Origin: an uncultured Chloroflexia bacterium
Lineage (GTDB): Bacteria > Chloroflexota > Anaerolineae > JAAYZQ01
Length of the DNA: 64,000 nucleotides
Assembly (NCBI GenBank): GCA_963700285.1
Contig: CAVOXA010000009.1
Span: 160,001 to 224,000 of the forward strand
Reading direction: 5' to 3'
Shown here: positions 9,091-19,926 of the stretch, piece by piece
Layout of the letters: every line of letters starts with the position of its first letter
How positions within the stretch are numbered: position 1 is the first letter of the stretch
Program-made: the position numbers and the translations under genes
The notes under the pieces: generated by a model
Database searches by the model: none
What the model saw: the letters and a program-made list of their open reading frames with translations, nothing else
What the model was told of the DNA's origin: nothing

Positions 9091-10266
9091 CTACACTGTG
9101 CCTGTTCCAGAGATCGTGATGGCTACGATCTCCGGCGGGCAGAAAAAGCGAGCCCGAGGTGTACCAAAGCCCTCCATACCCAGGCCACGACTCACGTAAA
9201 GTTCTGTGTCGCCCTCGCGAAAAGGCCCCGCCTCGTAGCGTTTCCAATACCGGGAGCTGGTCAGGATTGCGCCGAAACCAGGCAGGCGCCACTGTCCGCC
9301 ATGGGTGTGGCCTGCCAGGAAAAGATCCACACCCAGCGAGGCAGCCTGGGGCATCAGGTCGGGTACGTGGTAGAGGAGCAGTGTGTAGGCGCCCTGAGGC
9401 GCACTGTCCAAGAGGGCGCGTAGAATCGCACCCTCGGCCTCAGGCTGTCGTGTGGGGTAGATGCCCATTACCCACATCTGATGGCCATTGACCGTTAAGT
9501 CGATGCCCTGATCTTCCAGAATGGTGATACCCAGGCCGGCCAGCACCGGACGCAGCATTGGGGGGAGGTCGACCTCAGCTGTACCCCACACAGCATAGAT
9601 GCCACCTGGCGCGTAGAACTGCTTCAGCAGCTTCCCGAGATCAGCCAGGGCTTGGGGGTCGTCGTTGTAGGTTGTGCTCAAAAAGTCGCCGGTGAGGACG
9701 ATGAGATCTGGGGACAGTCCGGCGACGATGGCCGGGAGGGCGCGCTCTCGCCGGCTGAGACGTTCAATGTGCAGGTCCGATAGCTGGACGATGCGCAGTG
9801 GCTGGCCTGGGTTGGCCAGTTTGGCACTGCGAGATTCTATGTGGGTCACCTGCAGTCGAAAAGGCTCTATCAGCGTGCCATAGGCCGCCAGCACCCAAAC
9901 CAGGACCTGAAGGAAGAGCAGCCCAGCGATGGTCTGATGTGGCCAGTGGCCGGCGAAGGGGACAAGCAAAAGGGTCAACATCCAACGCCCCAGGACAAGG
10001 CCCAACCAGGGGGGCTGGACCGGGCCGTAGGATAGTCCAAAGCGAGGAAGGCAATCCAAAAGCGCCCAATCAGCCAGGGCAAAGGCCAGCAGGATCAGGA
10101 ACACGGCCCATCCCAAAGCCGGGTCGCTGGCCATCTTGGCCCAGAGCACGCCAGCAATGATCGCGAAAACCATAGGGATTGGTGCGATCCGCCAGGCGGC
10201 CCACTGGGCTGGCTTTTCAGTAAGGAGCAAAACTGTGTGAAATGGTTTGTCACCCAGCAATCTCAT
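9091..10266 (-). CDS. Membrane-anchored metallophosphoesterase (YkuE-like)
   Basis: QLSDLH, LTGDF, LLYH.PD, LAGHTHGGQ, YVSRGLG; N-terminal TM segments. Confidence 0.9.
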   Translation of the reverse strand: MRLLGDKPFHTVLLLTEKPAQWAAWRIAPIPMVFAIIAGVLWAKMASDPALGWAVFLILLAFALADWALLDCLPRFGLSYGPVQPPWLGLVLGRWMLTLLLVPFAGHWPHQTIAGLLFLQVLVWVLAAYGTLIEPFRLQVTHIESRSAKLANPGQPLRIVQLSDLHIERLSRRERALPAIVAGLSPDLIVLTGDFLSTTYNDDPQALADLGKLLKQFYAPGGIYAVWGTAEVDLPPMLRPVLAGLGITILEDQGIDLTVNGHQMWVMGIYPTRQPEAEGAILRALLDSAPQGAYTLLLYHVPDLMPQAASLGVDLFLAGHTHGGQWRLPGFGAILTSSRYWKRYEAGPFREGDTELYVSRGLGMEGFGTPRARFFCPPEIVAITISGTGTV

Positions 10267-10273
10267 GGGGGCC

Positions 10274-10302
10274 ATTATACCACCCCTTTTTGGCCAGGAC
10301 AA
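10274..10302 (-). promoter_or_regulatory. Promoter giving a probably leaderless metallophosphoesterase mRNA
   Basis: TTGTCC-17 nt-TATAAT ending 7 nt before ATG 10266; no SD. Confidence 0.55.
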
Positions 10303-10384
10303 CTTGCCGCGCCAGGTCAAGAATGTGCTTGAAGCCGAGACTGTGAACCGGGAACCGGTGCTGTGGTACCAGGAGTACCCATTC

Positions 10385-10413
10385 TTGGCGTTCGGCCCGA
10401 CTTCAAGTATAAT
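10385..10413 (+). promoter_or_regulatory. Promoter for ftsY
   Basis: TTGGCG-17 nt-TATAAT. Confidence 0.5.
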
Positions 10414-10446
10414 GCATGGCTGAATCTTTGGAGGAGAGAAGCGCAG

Positions 10447-11358
10447 GTGTTTAGGCGATCAAAAACAATCAGGGATAGCCTGACCAAAACGAGGCGCGGC
10501 TTCTTTGGACAGATCACGGGCCTGCTGGCTGGGGGCCAGATCACCGAAGAGACATGGGATGACCTGGAAGCTCTCCTGGTCCAGGCTGACGTGGGGGTGA
10601 ATACCACCATCGAGGTGATAGATCGGTTGCGGGAGCAGGTTGCCCGGGGCAAGGCCCGCAACACGCAGGCTTTGCAAGACCTGCTGAAGGCAGAGTTGCT
10701 GGGCCTATTGGGCGATCCAGAGCCGATGACGATTGATGAACCGCGGTTGCTGACCCTGGTGCTGATCGTCGGGGTCAATGGGTCGGGCAAGACCACGACC
10801 ATCGCCAAGCTGGCCAAGTACTATAAGGATCGGGGGCGGAATGTCCTGTTGGCCGCGGCTGATACCTTCCGGGCGGCAGCTATCGACCAACTCAAGATCT
10901 GGGGTGATCGGGCTGGCGTTCCTGTGATTGCCCACCAACCGGGTGCTGACCCGGGTGCGGTGGTCTATGATGCGATCCGTGCCAGCCAGAGCCGCAAGGC
11001 CGATCTGCTCATCGTTGATACCGCTGGACGGCTGCACACCAAATACAACCTGATGGAAGAACTACGAAAGGTGCGGGGCGTGGCGGCCAAGCGTGTCCAC
11101 CAGGCTCCCCACGAGACGCTGATGGTTTTGGATGCCACAACAGGACAGAATGCCCTGTCACAGGCGCGGCATTTCAAAGAGACTGCGGACGTTACCGGAG
11201 TTATCGTGGCCAAGCTGGACGGTACGGCCAAAGGTGGTGTGGTATTTGCCGTTGCCCACGAGTTGGGACTTCCTGTGCGTTTCATTGGCACTGGCGAGAC
11301 CATCGACGACCTGGCCGAGTTTGACGCTGAGGGCTTTGTCGAGGGGCTGTTCGAATAA
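10447..11358 (+). CDS. ftsY: Signal recognition particle receptor FtsY
   Basis: [43 protein letters not shown]; GTG start after GGAG. Confidence 0.97.
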   Translation: MFRRSKTIRDSLTKTRRGFFGQITGLLAGGQITEETWDDLEALLVQADVGVNTTIEVIDRLREQVARGKARNTQALQDLLKAELLGLLGDPEPMTIDEPRLLTLVLIVGVNGSGKTTTIAKLAKYYKDRGRNVLLAAADTFRAAAIDQLKIWGDRAGVPVIAHQPGADPGAVVYDAIRASQSRKADLLIVDTAGRLHTKYNLMEELRKVRGVAAKRVHQAPHETLMVLDATTGQNALSQARHFKETADVTGVIVAKLDGTAKGGVVFAVAHELGLPVRFIGTGETIDDLAEFDAEGFVEGLFE

Positions 11359-11477
11359 AGGTACTGAGCGAGATCCAGTAGATTCGCCTCAGCAACGGAA
11401 AAAGTCGCGCTCTATGGCTGAGACGGTAAGGTTGTTGTTCTGTGAGGTAACCTGCTGGTCTGATTGGAGGTAGCAAA

Positions 11478-12577
11478 ATGGAAGAGTTGAGAAGCCGGCT
11501 GAACGACGTTGGATGAACGCATCAAAGAAATACAGGTGCGTCTTTGACCTGACCGACAAAGAACGCCACGTTGAGAAACTGGAACGAGATGCCGCCGCAC
11601 CAGAGTTCTGGGACAATCCCAGCGTCGCGCAGGTGGCGATGCAGGACCTTACGAGCCTTAAAAGCGAAATAGATCGATGGCAGACGCTGCACGGTCGGGT
11701 CACAGAGGCGCTGGAGCTGTTGGATCTGGCTGAACTGGATGAGGACCAGTCGCTGATCACCGGGATCGAGGCTGAATCTAGCAGTGTCGAAGCGGAACTG
11801 GACCGCCTGGAGTTTGAGCTTCTGCTGTCAGGCCCTCACGACCGCGATCCAGCAATCCTTGCGATCCATGCTGGTGCAGGTGGTACCGATGCCCAGGACT
11901 TTGCCGAGATGTTGATGCGCATGTACCTGCGATGGGCCGAGCGACAGGGGTACAAGACCGAGATCCTGGACTCTTTGCGGGGAGGGGAGGCGGGTTTCAA
12001 GAGTGTGACGATTAGCATCAGTGGCCCGTATGCTTTCGGCTATCTCTCGGCTGAGCGTGGCGTTCACCGTTTGGTTCGGCTTTCGCCCTTTGACGAAGCC
12101 CACCGGCGTCATACCTCGTTCGCTCTCGTTGAGGTGATGCCCGAAATCTCCAGCGACATTGAGATCGAGATCAGAGCGGACGATCTCAAAGTCGACGTGT
12201 TCAAGGCGTCGGGAGCCGGGGGACAGCACGTGCAAAAGAACTCTACGGCAGTACGCATCACACACCAGCCCACCGGGATCGTGGTGGCCTGCCAGAACGA
12301 GCGATCCCAGGCGCAGAACCGGGATGTAGCGCTCAAGATCTTGCGTGGCAAGCTCTACGAGATGGAGCAGGAAAAGCTTGCTGATGAGCAATCTCGTTTG
12401 AAGGGCGATCACATTTCGGCTGGCTGGGGGAATCAGATTCGTTCCTACGTGCTGCATCCCTATCACATGATCAAAGACCTGCGTACGGGCTTTGAAACTG
12501 GCAACAGCAGCGCGGTCCTGGACGGCGACATTCAGTCCTTCATCGAGGCTTACTTGCAGTCAATGGTCGGAACGTAG
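11478..12577 (+). CDS. prfB: Peptide chain release factor 2 with programmed +1 frameshift (plus one probable assembly indel near 11502)
   Basis: SPF and GGQ motifs, WGNQIRSYV; CTT TGA C at 11542-11548 preceded by AGGTG; ATG 11478 after GGAGG. Confidence 0.95.
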
Positions 12578-12653
12578 GTTGTTCCTACGCCACAGGATTC
12601 TGGAGTCGCCTCGCCAGCATGCCAAGAGCGGGTTCAGAATGCATCTGGGCTAG

Positions 12654-12696
12654 AAAGCGGCGGGCGTATGGCTGTCCGCCATACGCCCGCCGCTTT
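12654..12696. terminator. Bidirectional hairpin terminator
   Basis: Perfect 19-bp stem AAAGCGGCGGGCGTATGGC/GCCATACGCCCGCCGCTTT between convergent genes. Confidence 0.85.
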
Positions 12697-12720
12697 GGGT
12701 GCTCCGGCAATCGCAGCGTG

Positions 12721-15051
12721 CTAGTCAGAGGGCAGGATGATCATGTGGAGACTGTTGTCGCTCAGGAAAAAGGCTCGCCCGCCAATTTCGTCAACAAAGA
12801 GGCTGGTCACGCTCGCAAGGGCGTCGTTGGCCCCTTCCCCCTGCGTTTCTGCTAGCCGGAACTGGCGCTTGAATTGTCCATCCTTGCTGGCTTGTACGAT
12901 ACGGTTGTTGCCTGGGTCGGCGACATAGACCCACTGCGTGTCGTTAGGTGGCCGGGCAAAGATGGCCGTTGCGCCTTGGGGTGGGGTATCCCAATCGGAG
13001 ATATCAAACGCGACGGGCTTGCCCCCCGATAGCTTTTGTATGGCGCCGTCGGCGTAGAGGAGAAGGATATCGTCGCCGATGGCCATGTCTCGGACCCCCG
13101 CAAGATCGACCTCTGTTTCCAACCATTCGTCAGGGTGGGAAGTATAGCCATCCGCGCTAGGCAGATATCGCCAGATGTGATTTGCTACTGAGTCCAGTAG
13201 GTAAAAGCGGCCAGAGTGGCTGCCGACCAACTGTGGGAACTTCCAGGACTCGGAAGCGACTTGTAGGGGGACCAGTTCGTCGGAAACCGGGTCGTACTCT
13301 AGTAGGTTCCCACCACTCTCGAGGATCAGGAGCCCTGCTTTTTGGCGACCGTTGCCCGCAGGCATCCAGGCCATGTCCAGCAAGTCAGCCACGAGGAGAT
13401 CTTTGACCCGGTCCCCCTTCTGGACAAGTAGCGAGTCGGATGCGGGCAGCAAAGACTGCTGGAACTCATCGAGCTGGTGATGGTGTACCTGGTTGGTCTT
13501 GCGGTCCATCACAAATACGTGCACTCCCTGCACCACGACGCGATTCAGTTTGGCGCCCGGCGCGTAGGTCATCAATTCACCTTCCCAAGGTACGAGCCGA
13601 ACCTGACTGCTCTCCTCCAGCCGCGCCTTGATCCTTCTCCGCAGATCCAATGCCTCAGCATGGCCAGGTTGCTCCTCAAGCAATTGGTTAAGGTACTGGT
13701 CTGCCTCGGCCAGGCGATCGCGAAGGGCGGTTGGTTCACTGAGCTCCTGAGCCTGGCGCCAACTGGTATTGGCGCTCAGCCACAGCGTGTCTACCTCTGA
13801 TTGTTGGGCTTCGCCTCGCTGGATCACCGTCCATATGACCAAGCCGGCGACGATAAGGGGGATAGCGACGGCAATCCCGACGAGCAGCCGCTGGACAACA
13901 AGGCTCCGAGTACGGCCCGCGGGCGCGGTCTTTGTCCGCTTTTCAGCCCGTTGAACAGGCGGTTTGGCGGCAGGTGCCGGTTCCGTGGACGCGGTCCGCG
14001 GCTTGACCTGGCTGGGCACCAAACTTTTCAGGAAAACCAGCAGCGCCGCCCAAATGGCTGCCAGCGCCAATCCAACCGATTGTGCTCGCTCGCCAAGTCC
14101 AAACTGTTCTCCCCAACCGGGAACCTGTCTCTGATCCGTAGGCAGCGGAGGGGGAAGTGGCCTGCCGGTTGGGCGCGCCGGTCGGATTGCAGCCTTGTCT
14201 GGCCGTGTGTCCGCTGGCGCGAGGGGAGGGGCTGCGACCTGGTCCATGGGTGGGCTGGCTTGCGCGGGGACAGGTGCTGGAACCCCTATCTCTGGCGCCT
14301 CAGCCAGCATAGTGGCCTGGGTTGTGCTCTGATCTGTTTCGCCGTCGCCCAATCTTACCGCCATGGCCGATAGCTCGCTGCCTTGAGCTTCACCTGACAG
14401 CTCAAGCAGTACTTCTGCAACAGAGGGCCTGGTCATGATACGCGGCCAGGCCTGAGGGGAAAGGCGGCTCGCCAGCCTGCTATCCACCAGGAGAATGGTA
14501 TCGTTTTCGGAGACCTGGGTATGGAACAGGTCCACATGTACATCGCGGCGTTTTCCGAGGGGGGCTGCGTCTGCATCCTCCGACGGGATGTTATCCAGCC
14601 AGGGTGAGATGTCGGGGAAGCGGACAACCTGCCGCTCGTGGCCCACATAGAGAGCCGCTGGCCCTGCTTGGGCGACAAAGAGGTCTTGATTGCGCAGAAC
14701 AGCACATGACAGGCCTGCCGTCCATTGTTGGTCTGGCATGGATTGTCTGTTCTCGTCGGCCAGCATGTTGTTGACGTTGCGTATCGCCTCTCGAAGGGCT
14801 GCTGTGATGCTTCCTCGTTGCTCATAGTAGATGTCGCGGATCAACTCCGCCAGCCGGTCCGCGACGAGATCTTGGTCCCGTAGTGAACCTGAGACTTCTA
14901 CCAGGATGTACAGGCTGCCCCGCCCCCGGCCTCGAGAGAACCGGGAAGTAGGCTCGACTGCCAGGGCCCCATGGGCCTGTCCATACCTGCGGCCCTCCGC
15001 TACCGCCAACTGCTCCACCGTCGTTCTCAAGCTCATAGCATCCTGCCGCAT
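12721..15051 (-). CDS. Single-pass membrane protein: degenerate PP2C-like N-domain, Pro-rich linker, TM, helical region, NHL/beta-propeller C-domain
   Basis: LYILVEV, LSCAVL...LFVAQAG, DTILLVDS (PP2C scaffold without DG motifs); VYVADPGNNRIVQ and FYLLDS (NHL-like). Confidence 0.7.
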   Translation of the reverse strand: MRQDAMSLRTTVEQLAVAEGRRYGQAHGALAVEPTSRFSRGRGRGSLYILVEVSGSLRDQDLVADRLAELIRDIYYEQRGSITAALREAIRNVNNMLADENRQSMPDQQWTAGLSCAVLRNQDLFVAQAGPAALYVGHERQVVRFPDISPWLDNIPSEDADAAPLGKRRDVHVDLFHTQVSENDTILLVDSRLASRLSPQAWPRIMTRPSVAEVLLELSGEAQGSELSAMAVRLGDGETDQSTTQATMLAEAPEIGVPAPVPAQASPPMDQVAAPPLAPADTRPDKAAIRPARPTGRPLPPPLPTDQRQVPGWGEQFGLGERAQSVGLALAAIWAALLVFLKSLVPSQVKPRTASTEPAPAAKPPVQRAEKRTKTAPAGRTRSLVVQRLLVGIAVAIPLIVAGLVIWTVIQRGEAQQSEVDTLWLSANTSWRQAQELSEPTALRDRLAEADQYLNQLLEEQPGHAEALDLRRRIKARLEESSQVRLVPWEGELMTYAPGAKLNRVVVQGVHVFVMDRKTNQVHHHQLDEFQQSLLPASDSLLVQKGDRVKDLLVADLLDMAWMPAGNGRQKAGLLILESGGNLLEYDPVSDELVPLQVASESWKFPQLVGSHSGRFYLLDSVANHIWRYLPSADGYTSHPDEWLETEVDLAGVRDMAIGDDILLLYADGAIQKLSGGKPVAFDISDWDTPPQGATAIFARPPNDTQWVYVADPGNNRIVQASKDGQFKRQFRLAETQGEGANDALASVTSLFVDEIGGRAFFLSDNSLHMIILPSD

Positions 15052-15095
15052 ATCTCACCCGCCTGGATGGACCGGCGCCGTCTACATCAAGGCCA

Positions 15096-16124
15096 TCACG
15101 CCGCAGTCGTGTTGGCGTCCGCTGGACTGGCCATTGCCACAAGATCAACCACGAGTTTCTCGAAATAGCTTTTGGGTGGCGGGGCGCCCTCACCATATTC
15201 CAGATAGGTTACGTTTACTTGGACTTGCAAACCACTTGTTTCCAACAGGATCGGGTGGCCAAATTTGGCAAGGACCGCCTCTCCCTTTGGGGCCAGCTTG
15301 GCTCTCAGGGCTTCGTCTTCGAAAGCGTGCTCGCTCATCAGGACCTTGGTGACCGTGCGAATATCACTTTTGTCAAACAGCCAGACCTCAAAGGCCATGA
15401 CTTTGTCAGGTTCGCCATTGTGGACGGTCTCCGAGATGCCCATGCCACACTCGCCCAGGAACTCACCCGTGCGCGCCTCGATGCTGAATGACTCGTCGTA
15501 AGTATCCTTGCCGTGTTCATACGTGGTACTAAAAGTGCCCAACCGCACGCCACTACCCACGGTCTGCTGGATAGGGGCGTAAGCCAGTGGTGGAGATGCC
15601 GCTGCTGGTGCTTTTCGAGCAGGTGTCGGGCGCTTCAAGAGCGCCCGCACAGCAAGAACTGCGAGTACTAGGGCCAGTAGGACGAGGACGAAAACCAAGC
15701 AGGGTACGCGGAGCCGATCCCAGAAGCTGGGTCCCGGGGGCTCGATGGGCTCCGGCATGATGGGGTCGACCTCAGCGCTCTCAGGAAGGCCCAAGGCCAT
15801 GGCCAGGTCTTGAACAGCCAGCGCTTCTTCGTACTGCCCCGCAAGCTCGTACGCTGCCACGGAATCAGCAATCGCTGCCTGTTTCTCTTCTAGCGTCCAG
15901 CCCGACAGGTATGCATCTGCCTGGGCTGAGTCCCTGTCCAGTCTGAAAGAGTCGGCAACCAAGGCCATATACTTTGCTTTTGCGGGAGGCGCCAGGTGGT
16001 AGGTATCGGCATCCTCCCATTCTACCGGAAAGAGCCCCCAGAATAGTGCCATTCCCAACAACAGACCCAGTATGAGGCCAACGATGATGCCTGTGATCAG
16101 GTAGGTACGAGCGCTCGAATCCAT
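15096..16124 (-). CDS. Conserved hypothetical two-TM membrane protein
   Basis: 342-aa ORF with strong SD AAGGAGG; two TM segments; globular C-domain YDESFSIE..GEFLGECGMGISE..AFEVWLFDK.DIRTVTKVLMS. Confidence 0.8.
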   Translation of the reverse strand: MDSSARTYLITGIIVGLILGLLLGMALFWGLFPVEWEDADTYHLAPPAKAKYMALVADSFRLDRDSAQADAYLSGWTLEEKQAAIADSVAAYELAGQYEEALAVQDLAMALGLPESAEVDPIMPEPIEPPGPSFWDRLRVPCLVFVLVLLALVLAVLAVRALLKRPTPARKAPAAASPPLAYAPIQQTVGSGVRLGTFSTTYEHGKDTYDESFSIEARTGEFLGECGMGISETVHNGEPDKVMAFEVWLFDKSDIRTVTKVLMSEHAFEDEALRAKLAPKGEAVLAKFGHPILLETSGLQVQVNVTYLEYGEGAPPPKSYFEKLVVDLVAMASPADANTTAA

Positions 16125-16340
16125 TCTGCTCCTCCTTGTCCTCGTGTTGCTATGACTTCAGAATCCCAGTGTCCACACCGGACGCTGTGGGGCCCCGTGT
16201 AGCCTGGAAGCTGGCTTGCAGATCCAGGTACGGGCATAATCAGCGGCCCAGGATCACATGAGAAGCCAATCTGTCTCTGCCTAGCAGGACGATTTAGCAG
16301 TAGTCTACCTACATCAACGCTCTTTCTAGTCAACTAGCCT

Positions 16341-16369
16341 ATTTTATCACACCTCTTCTTTTTTGGCAA
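16341..16369 (-). promoter_or_regulatory. Sigma70-type promoter for the 16124/15051 gene pair
   Basis: TTGCCA-17 nt-TAAAAT with TG extension. Confidence 0.6.
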
Positions 16370-16395
16370 ATTCAGGGAGTTACCTCCTGTCTCTC

Positions 16396-17457
16396 TCAAG
16401 CGATCACGGGCGATTTGGTAGTCTGGGTCAAGATTTCTACCCCGTCAGCGCGGATTAGGGCGAGATCCTCAATGCGTACGCCGAACTCACCCGGCAAATA
16501 GATGCCCGGCTCGATGGTCAAGATCATGCCTGCCTCAAGCGTGCCGTCCGAAAGGCGCGATGCTCTCGGATCCTCGTGGATCACCAAGCCCACACCATGG
16601 CCCAGCCCATGCCCAAAGTAGTCGCCATATCCCGCTGCCTCGATGATGTCTCCGGCCAGGGCGTGGGCCTCCGCACCGCTCACTCCGGCATGGATTCCCT
16701 CTTCGGCCGCCTGCTGGGCCTGCTGGACTATGTTCCACACTTCCAGATACTTTTTGCTAGGCTGGCCGAGGCAGATGGTCCGTGTCATGTCGGAGCAGTA
16801 GCCATCCACTACGCAGCCAATGTCGATGACGATGGGCTCTCCAGGTTGGATTTCATGATCGCCTGGACGAGCATGAGGCATGGCGCCGCTGGGACCGGCA
16901 GCGACAATAGGTGCAAAGGCCATCCTACTGGCCCCGTGGGTGCGCATGTAGGCTTCGATCTGCCAGGCCGCCTCTCGCTCCGTCATCCCAGGTTTGATCA
17001 CGTCCAGCAGGTAGGCAAAGGCAGCATCGGTCAGGGCCGTCGAGCGACGCAACGCCTCAAGCTCGCCCTCATCTTTGACAGCACGGAGCTTTTCAACTGT
17101 CCCTTTCAGAGGTACCCACTCGATGCCCCCGGTGGCCTGGCTCCATTCGTGCAGTTGATCCACAGTCAGGTGTTGGCTCTCAAAGCCCAGCCGCTCCACG
17201 CCAACGCTAGCCAACAGTTCCGGCAGCAAGTCGGAGGGCTTGGTGGTGATTTTGGCCAGCTGAAAATCGGGAGCTTGGTGACTCACCTGCTCGTAATAGC
17301 GAAAATCGGTGGCCAGCACAGCCCGGTCGGGTGAAATAAGCAAGATCCCCGCCGAGCCGGTGAATCCTGATAGATAGCGGCGATTGTCTGGTTGGCTGAT
17401 AAGAATGGCATCGACGTTCTGTTCGATGAGCGTATTGCGCAGTCTGCCAAGTCGCAT
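16396..17457 (-). CDS. Xaa-Pro peptidase, M24B family
   Basis: YLSGFTGS, TDFRY, IDIG..GYCSDMTRT, HGLGHGVGL.IHE.P, TIEPGIY..GVRIED. Confidence 0.95.
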   Translation of the reverse strand: MRLGRLRNTLIEQNVDAILISQPDNRRYLSGFTGSAGILLISPDRAVLATDFRYYEQVSHQAPDFQLAKITTKPSDLLPELLASVGVERLGFESQHLTVDQLHEWSQATGGIEWVPLKGTVEKLRAVKDEGELEALRRSTALTDAAFAYLLDVIKPGMTEREAAWQIEAYMRTHGASRMAFAPIVAAGPSGAMPHARPGDHEIQPGEPIVIDIGCVVDGYCSDMTRTICLGQPSKKYLEVWNIVQQAQQAAEEGIHAGVSGAEAHALAGDIIEAAGYGDYFGHGLGHGVGLVIHEDPRASRLSDGTLEAGMILTIEPGIYLPGEFGVRIEDLALIRADGVEILTQTTKSPVIA

Positions 17458-17511
17458 GTTTTTCTCCCTTGCCTTACAGAATCAGTTAATTGGACAGAGG
17501 CCAGTCCAGCT

Positions 17512-19897
17512 TCATGGTGTATTGTTTGTTGTAGGGGCAGAGCGGGGTGAAGGCAGCCCAGGGGACTCTTTAGCCTCCCGAGTCCCCTCAGAATCCTTGG
17601 AGCCTATGGGCTTCTTCCAGGTAGCCCACTCGCATGCCGGGTAGGTCGCGCATCCGTAGAACCGCCGTCTGCTTCGAGTCCGTTTCTCGACGACGGCTCC
17701 ACCACATTCGGGACAGGTCACACCGGGCAGAGGGATCGGTCCCGTGTAGCGACATTCCGGCCAGCCACTGCAGCCGATGAATTTGCCATATCGACCGTGC
17801 CTTATCACCAGGGGCTCACCACATTTTGGGCACAGCTCGCCGGTGGGTTCAGGTTTGATCTCGACGCGAGGCATCTTTGCGGTGGCCACTTCCATTGTCT
17901 GCGCAAACGGCTCGTAGAACTCGTGGAGCATAGGCATCCATTCTTGCTCACCGATGGCAATCTGATCCAGCTTTTCTTCCATCTCGGCCGTAAAGTCTAC
18001 GTTCACGATGTCGGAGAAGAACTCGACCAGGAGATCGTTGACGATAAACCCCAGTTCGGTGGGGATCAGTTTTCGATCCTCGCGCTCGACATAGTTGCGC
18101 TGTAGCAGGGTTGTCAAGATAGACGCGTAGGTACTGGGCCGGCCAATGCCATAGTCCTCCAGAGCGCGGATGAGTGAGGCGTCAGTGTAGCGGGGCGGTG
18201 GCTGGGTGAAAGTGCTGCTTGGGCAGCAGCCGGATCAGTTCCAGCATCTCCCCTTTCTCCAGAGGCGGAAGCCTCACGCCCTCGCCCTCGTCCTTGCCCT
18301 CTTCTTCGCGGCTTTCCTCGTAGACCTGCAGAAAGCCAGGGAACTTGATTACCGAGCCCGTGGCGCGAAACAGGTAGGGTTTTTCCTCACCGGCCCTGCC
18401 GGCGAGGATGTCTACGGATGTCTGGTCCAGGATGGCCGGGGCCATCTGGCTGGCAACGAATCGCTGCCAGATCAACGGGTACAGGCGCAATTCATCACGC
18501 GTCAGGTGGTCTTTGAGGGAGGCTGGGTCCCGCCGGACGCTGGTCGGACGGATCGCCTCGTGCGCTTCCTGGGCACTCTTGGCCCGTGTTTTGTACTGGG
18601 GTGGGTGGGGTGGAAGATACTCCTGGCCATAGCGTTCCAGGATGAGTTCCCGGGCTTCGGCCTGGGCCGACTCGGCGACGTTGACCGAGTCGGTGCGCAT
18701 ATAGGTGATCAGCCCCACCCGCTCGCCGTCGCCGATCTCCTTGCCCTCGTACAGGGCCTGGGCCAAGCCCATCGTCCGGCGGCTGTGTAACGCAGTTTTC
18801 GGCTGGCTTCCTGTTGAAGGGTACTGGTCATGAAGGGGGGAGCCGGCTTGTGGCGACGCTCCCGGCGGGTGACCTTGTCTACGATATAGTCTGCGCCCTC
18901 CAGATCGTCAAGCACTTGCTGGGCGTCGGACTCGGTTTTCAGGTCAGGGTCCTAGATCCCGGATCTTGAGCAATCGCGCGGTGAAACAATGATCTTGCTG
19001 GCTGCTGCCCGCCGGCTGGCCTGCTCCGCCATCTGCTTCCCCTGAGTATTGGCGGCTCGCTTGCTCTTTGCACAGCTCGGCCTCAATGGTCCAGTACTCC
19101 ACCGGTACAAAAGCCTGGATCTCCCGCTCTCGCTCGCAGACCAACCGCAGGGCGACTGACTGTACTCGGCCCGCCGACAGACCCTTCCGGCCCATCTTGT
19201 CCCGCAGGAGCGGGCTGAGGGTGTAGCCCACCACGCGGTCGAGGATGCGCCGTGCTTGCTGGGCATCGACCCGCGGCTGGTCGATCTCGCGGGGATGGGC
19301 AAAGGCGTGGTCGATGGCTTCATTGGTGATTTCGTGGAACTCTACCCGGTGGACGGGGATGCTGCCCAACTGGCGGTCAAGGGCCGCCCGCAGGTGCCAG
19401 GCGATGGCCTCGCCCTCGCGGTCGGGGTCGGTGGCCAGGTATACTTCTGATGCCTGCTTGGCTTTGGCTCGGAGCTCTTTCACCACGTCCTTTTTTTTGG
19501 CGGGGATTACATAGCGTGGCTCAAAATCATGCTCGATATCCACGCCCATCCGATTGGCTGGCAGGTCGCGGATGTGGCCCACTGACGACGTCACAGAGTA
19601 GCCCCGGCCCAGGAAACGACCGACGGTCCGAGCCTTGGCCGGTGATTCGACGATGACCATTTTGAGGCCGGAGGCCCGGCGCTGTTCGCTGGCCTTTGAG
19701 GGGAGCGTATGCGCGGCTGGGTCCAGACCGTCATGCGCGGACGTGCGACCGAACCGCGTGACCTTGGTACCACATTCCTGGCAGATGCCTTGCATGGCCG
19801 GGCGACTACTGTCGCCCAGAAAGACCGCCCTCGGCGAGTCTATATCCTGTTTCTGCCTGCACTTGGTACAATAGGCTTGCAGAGGTTGCTCAGACAT
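17512..19897 (-). CDS. topA: Type IA DNA topoisomerase I with N-terminal Zn-ribbon (DUF5679-like); three apparent indels
   Basis: [58 protein letters not shown]; C-terminal Zn ribbons. Confidence 0.95.
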
Positions 19898-19926
19898 CAG
19901 AGCCCCACTGAATGAACCGGAGATGG

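Noticed and set aside
18990-19075. Low-complexity insertion in topA as a possible intein or mobile insert
   Set aside because: Only about 25 codons with no intein terminal motifs; probably a variable loop.
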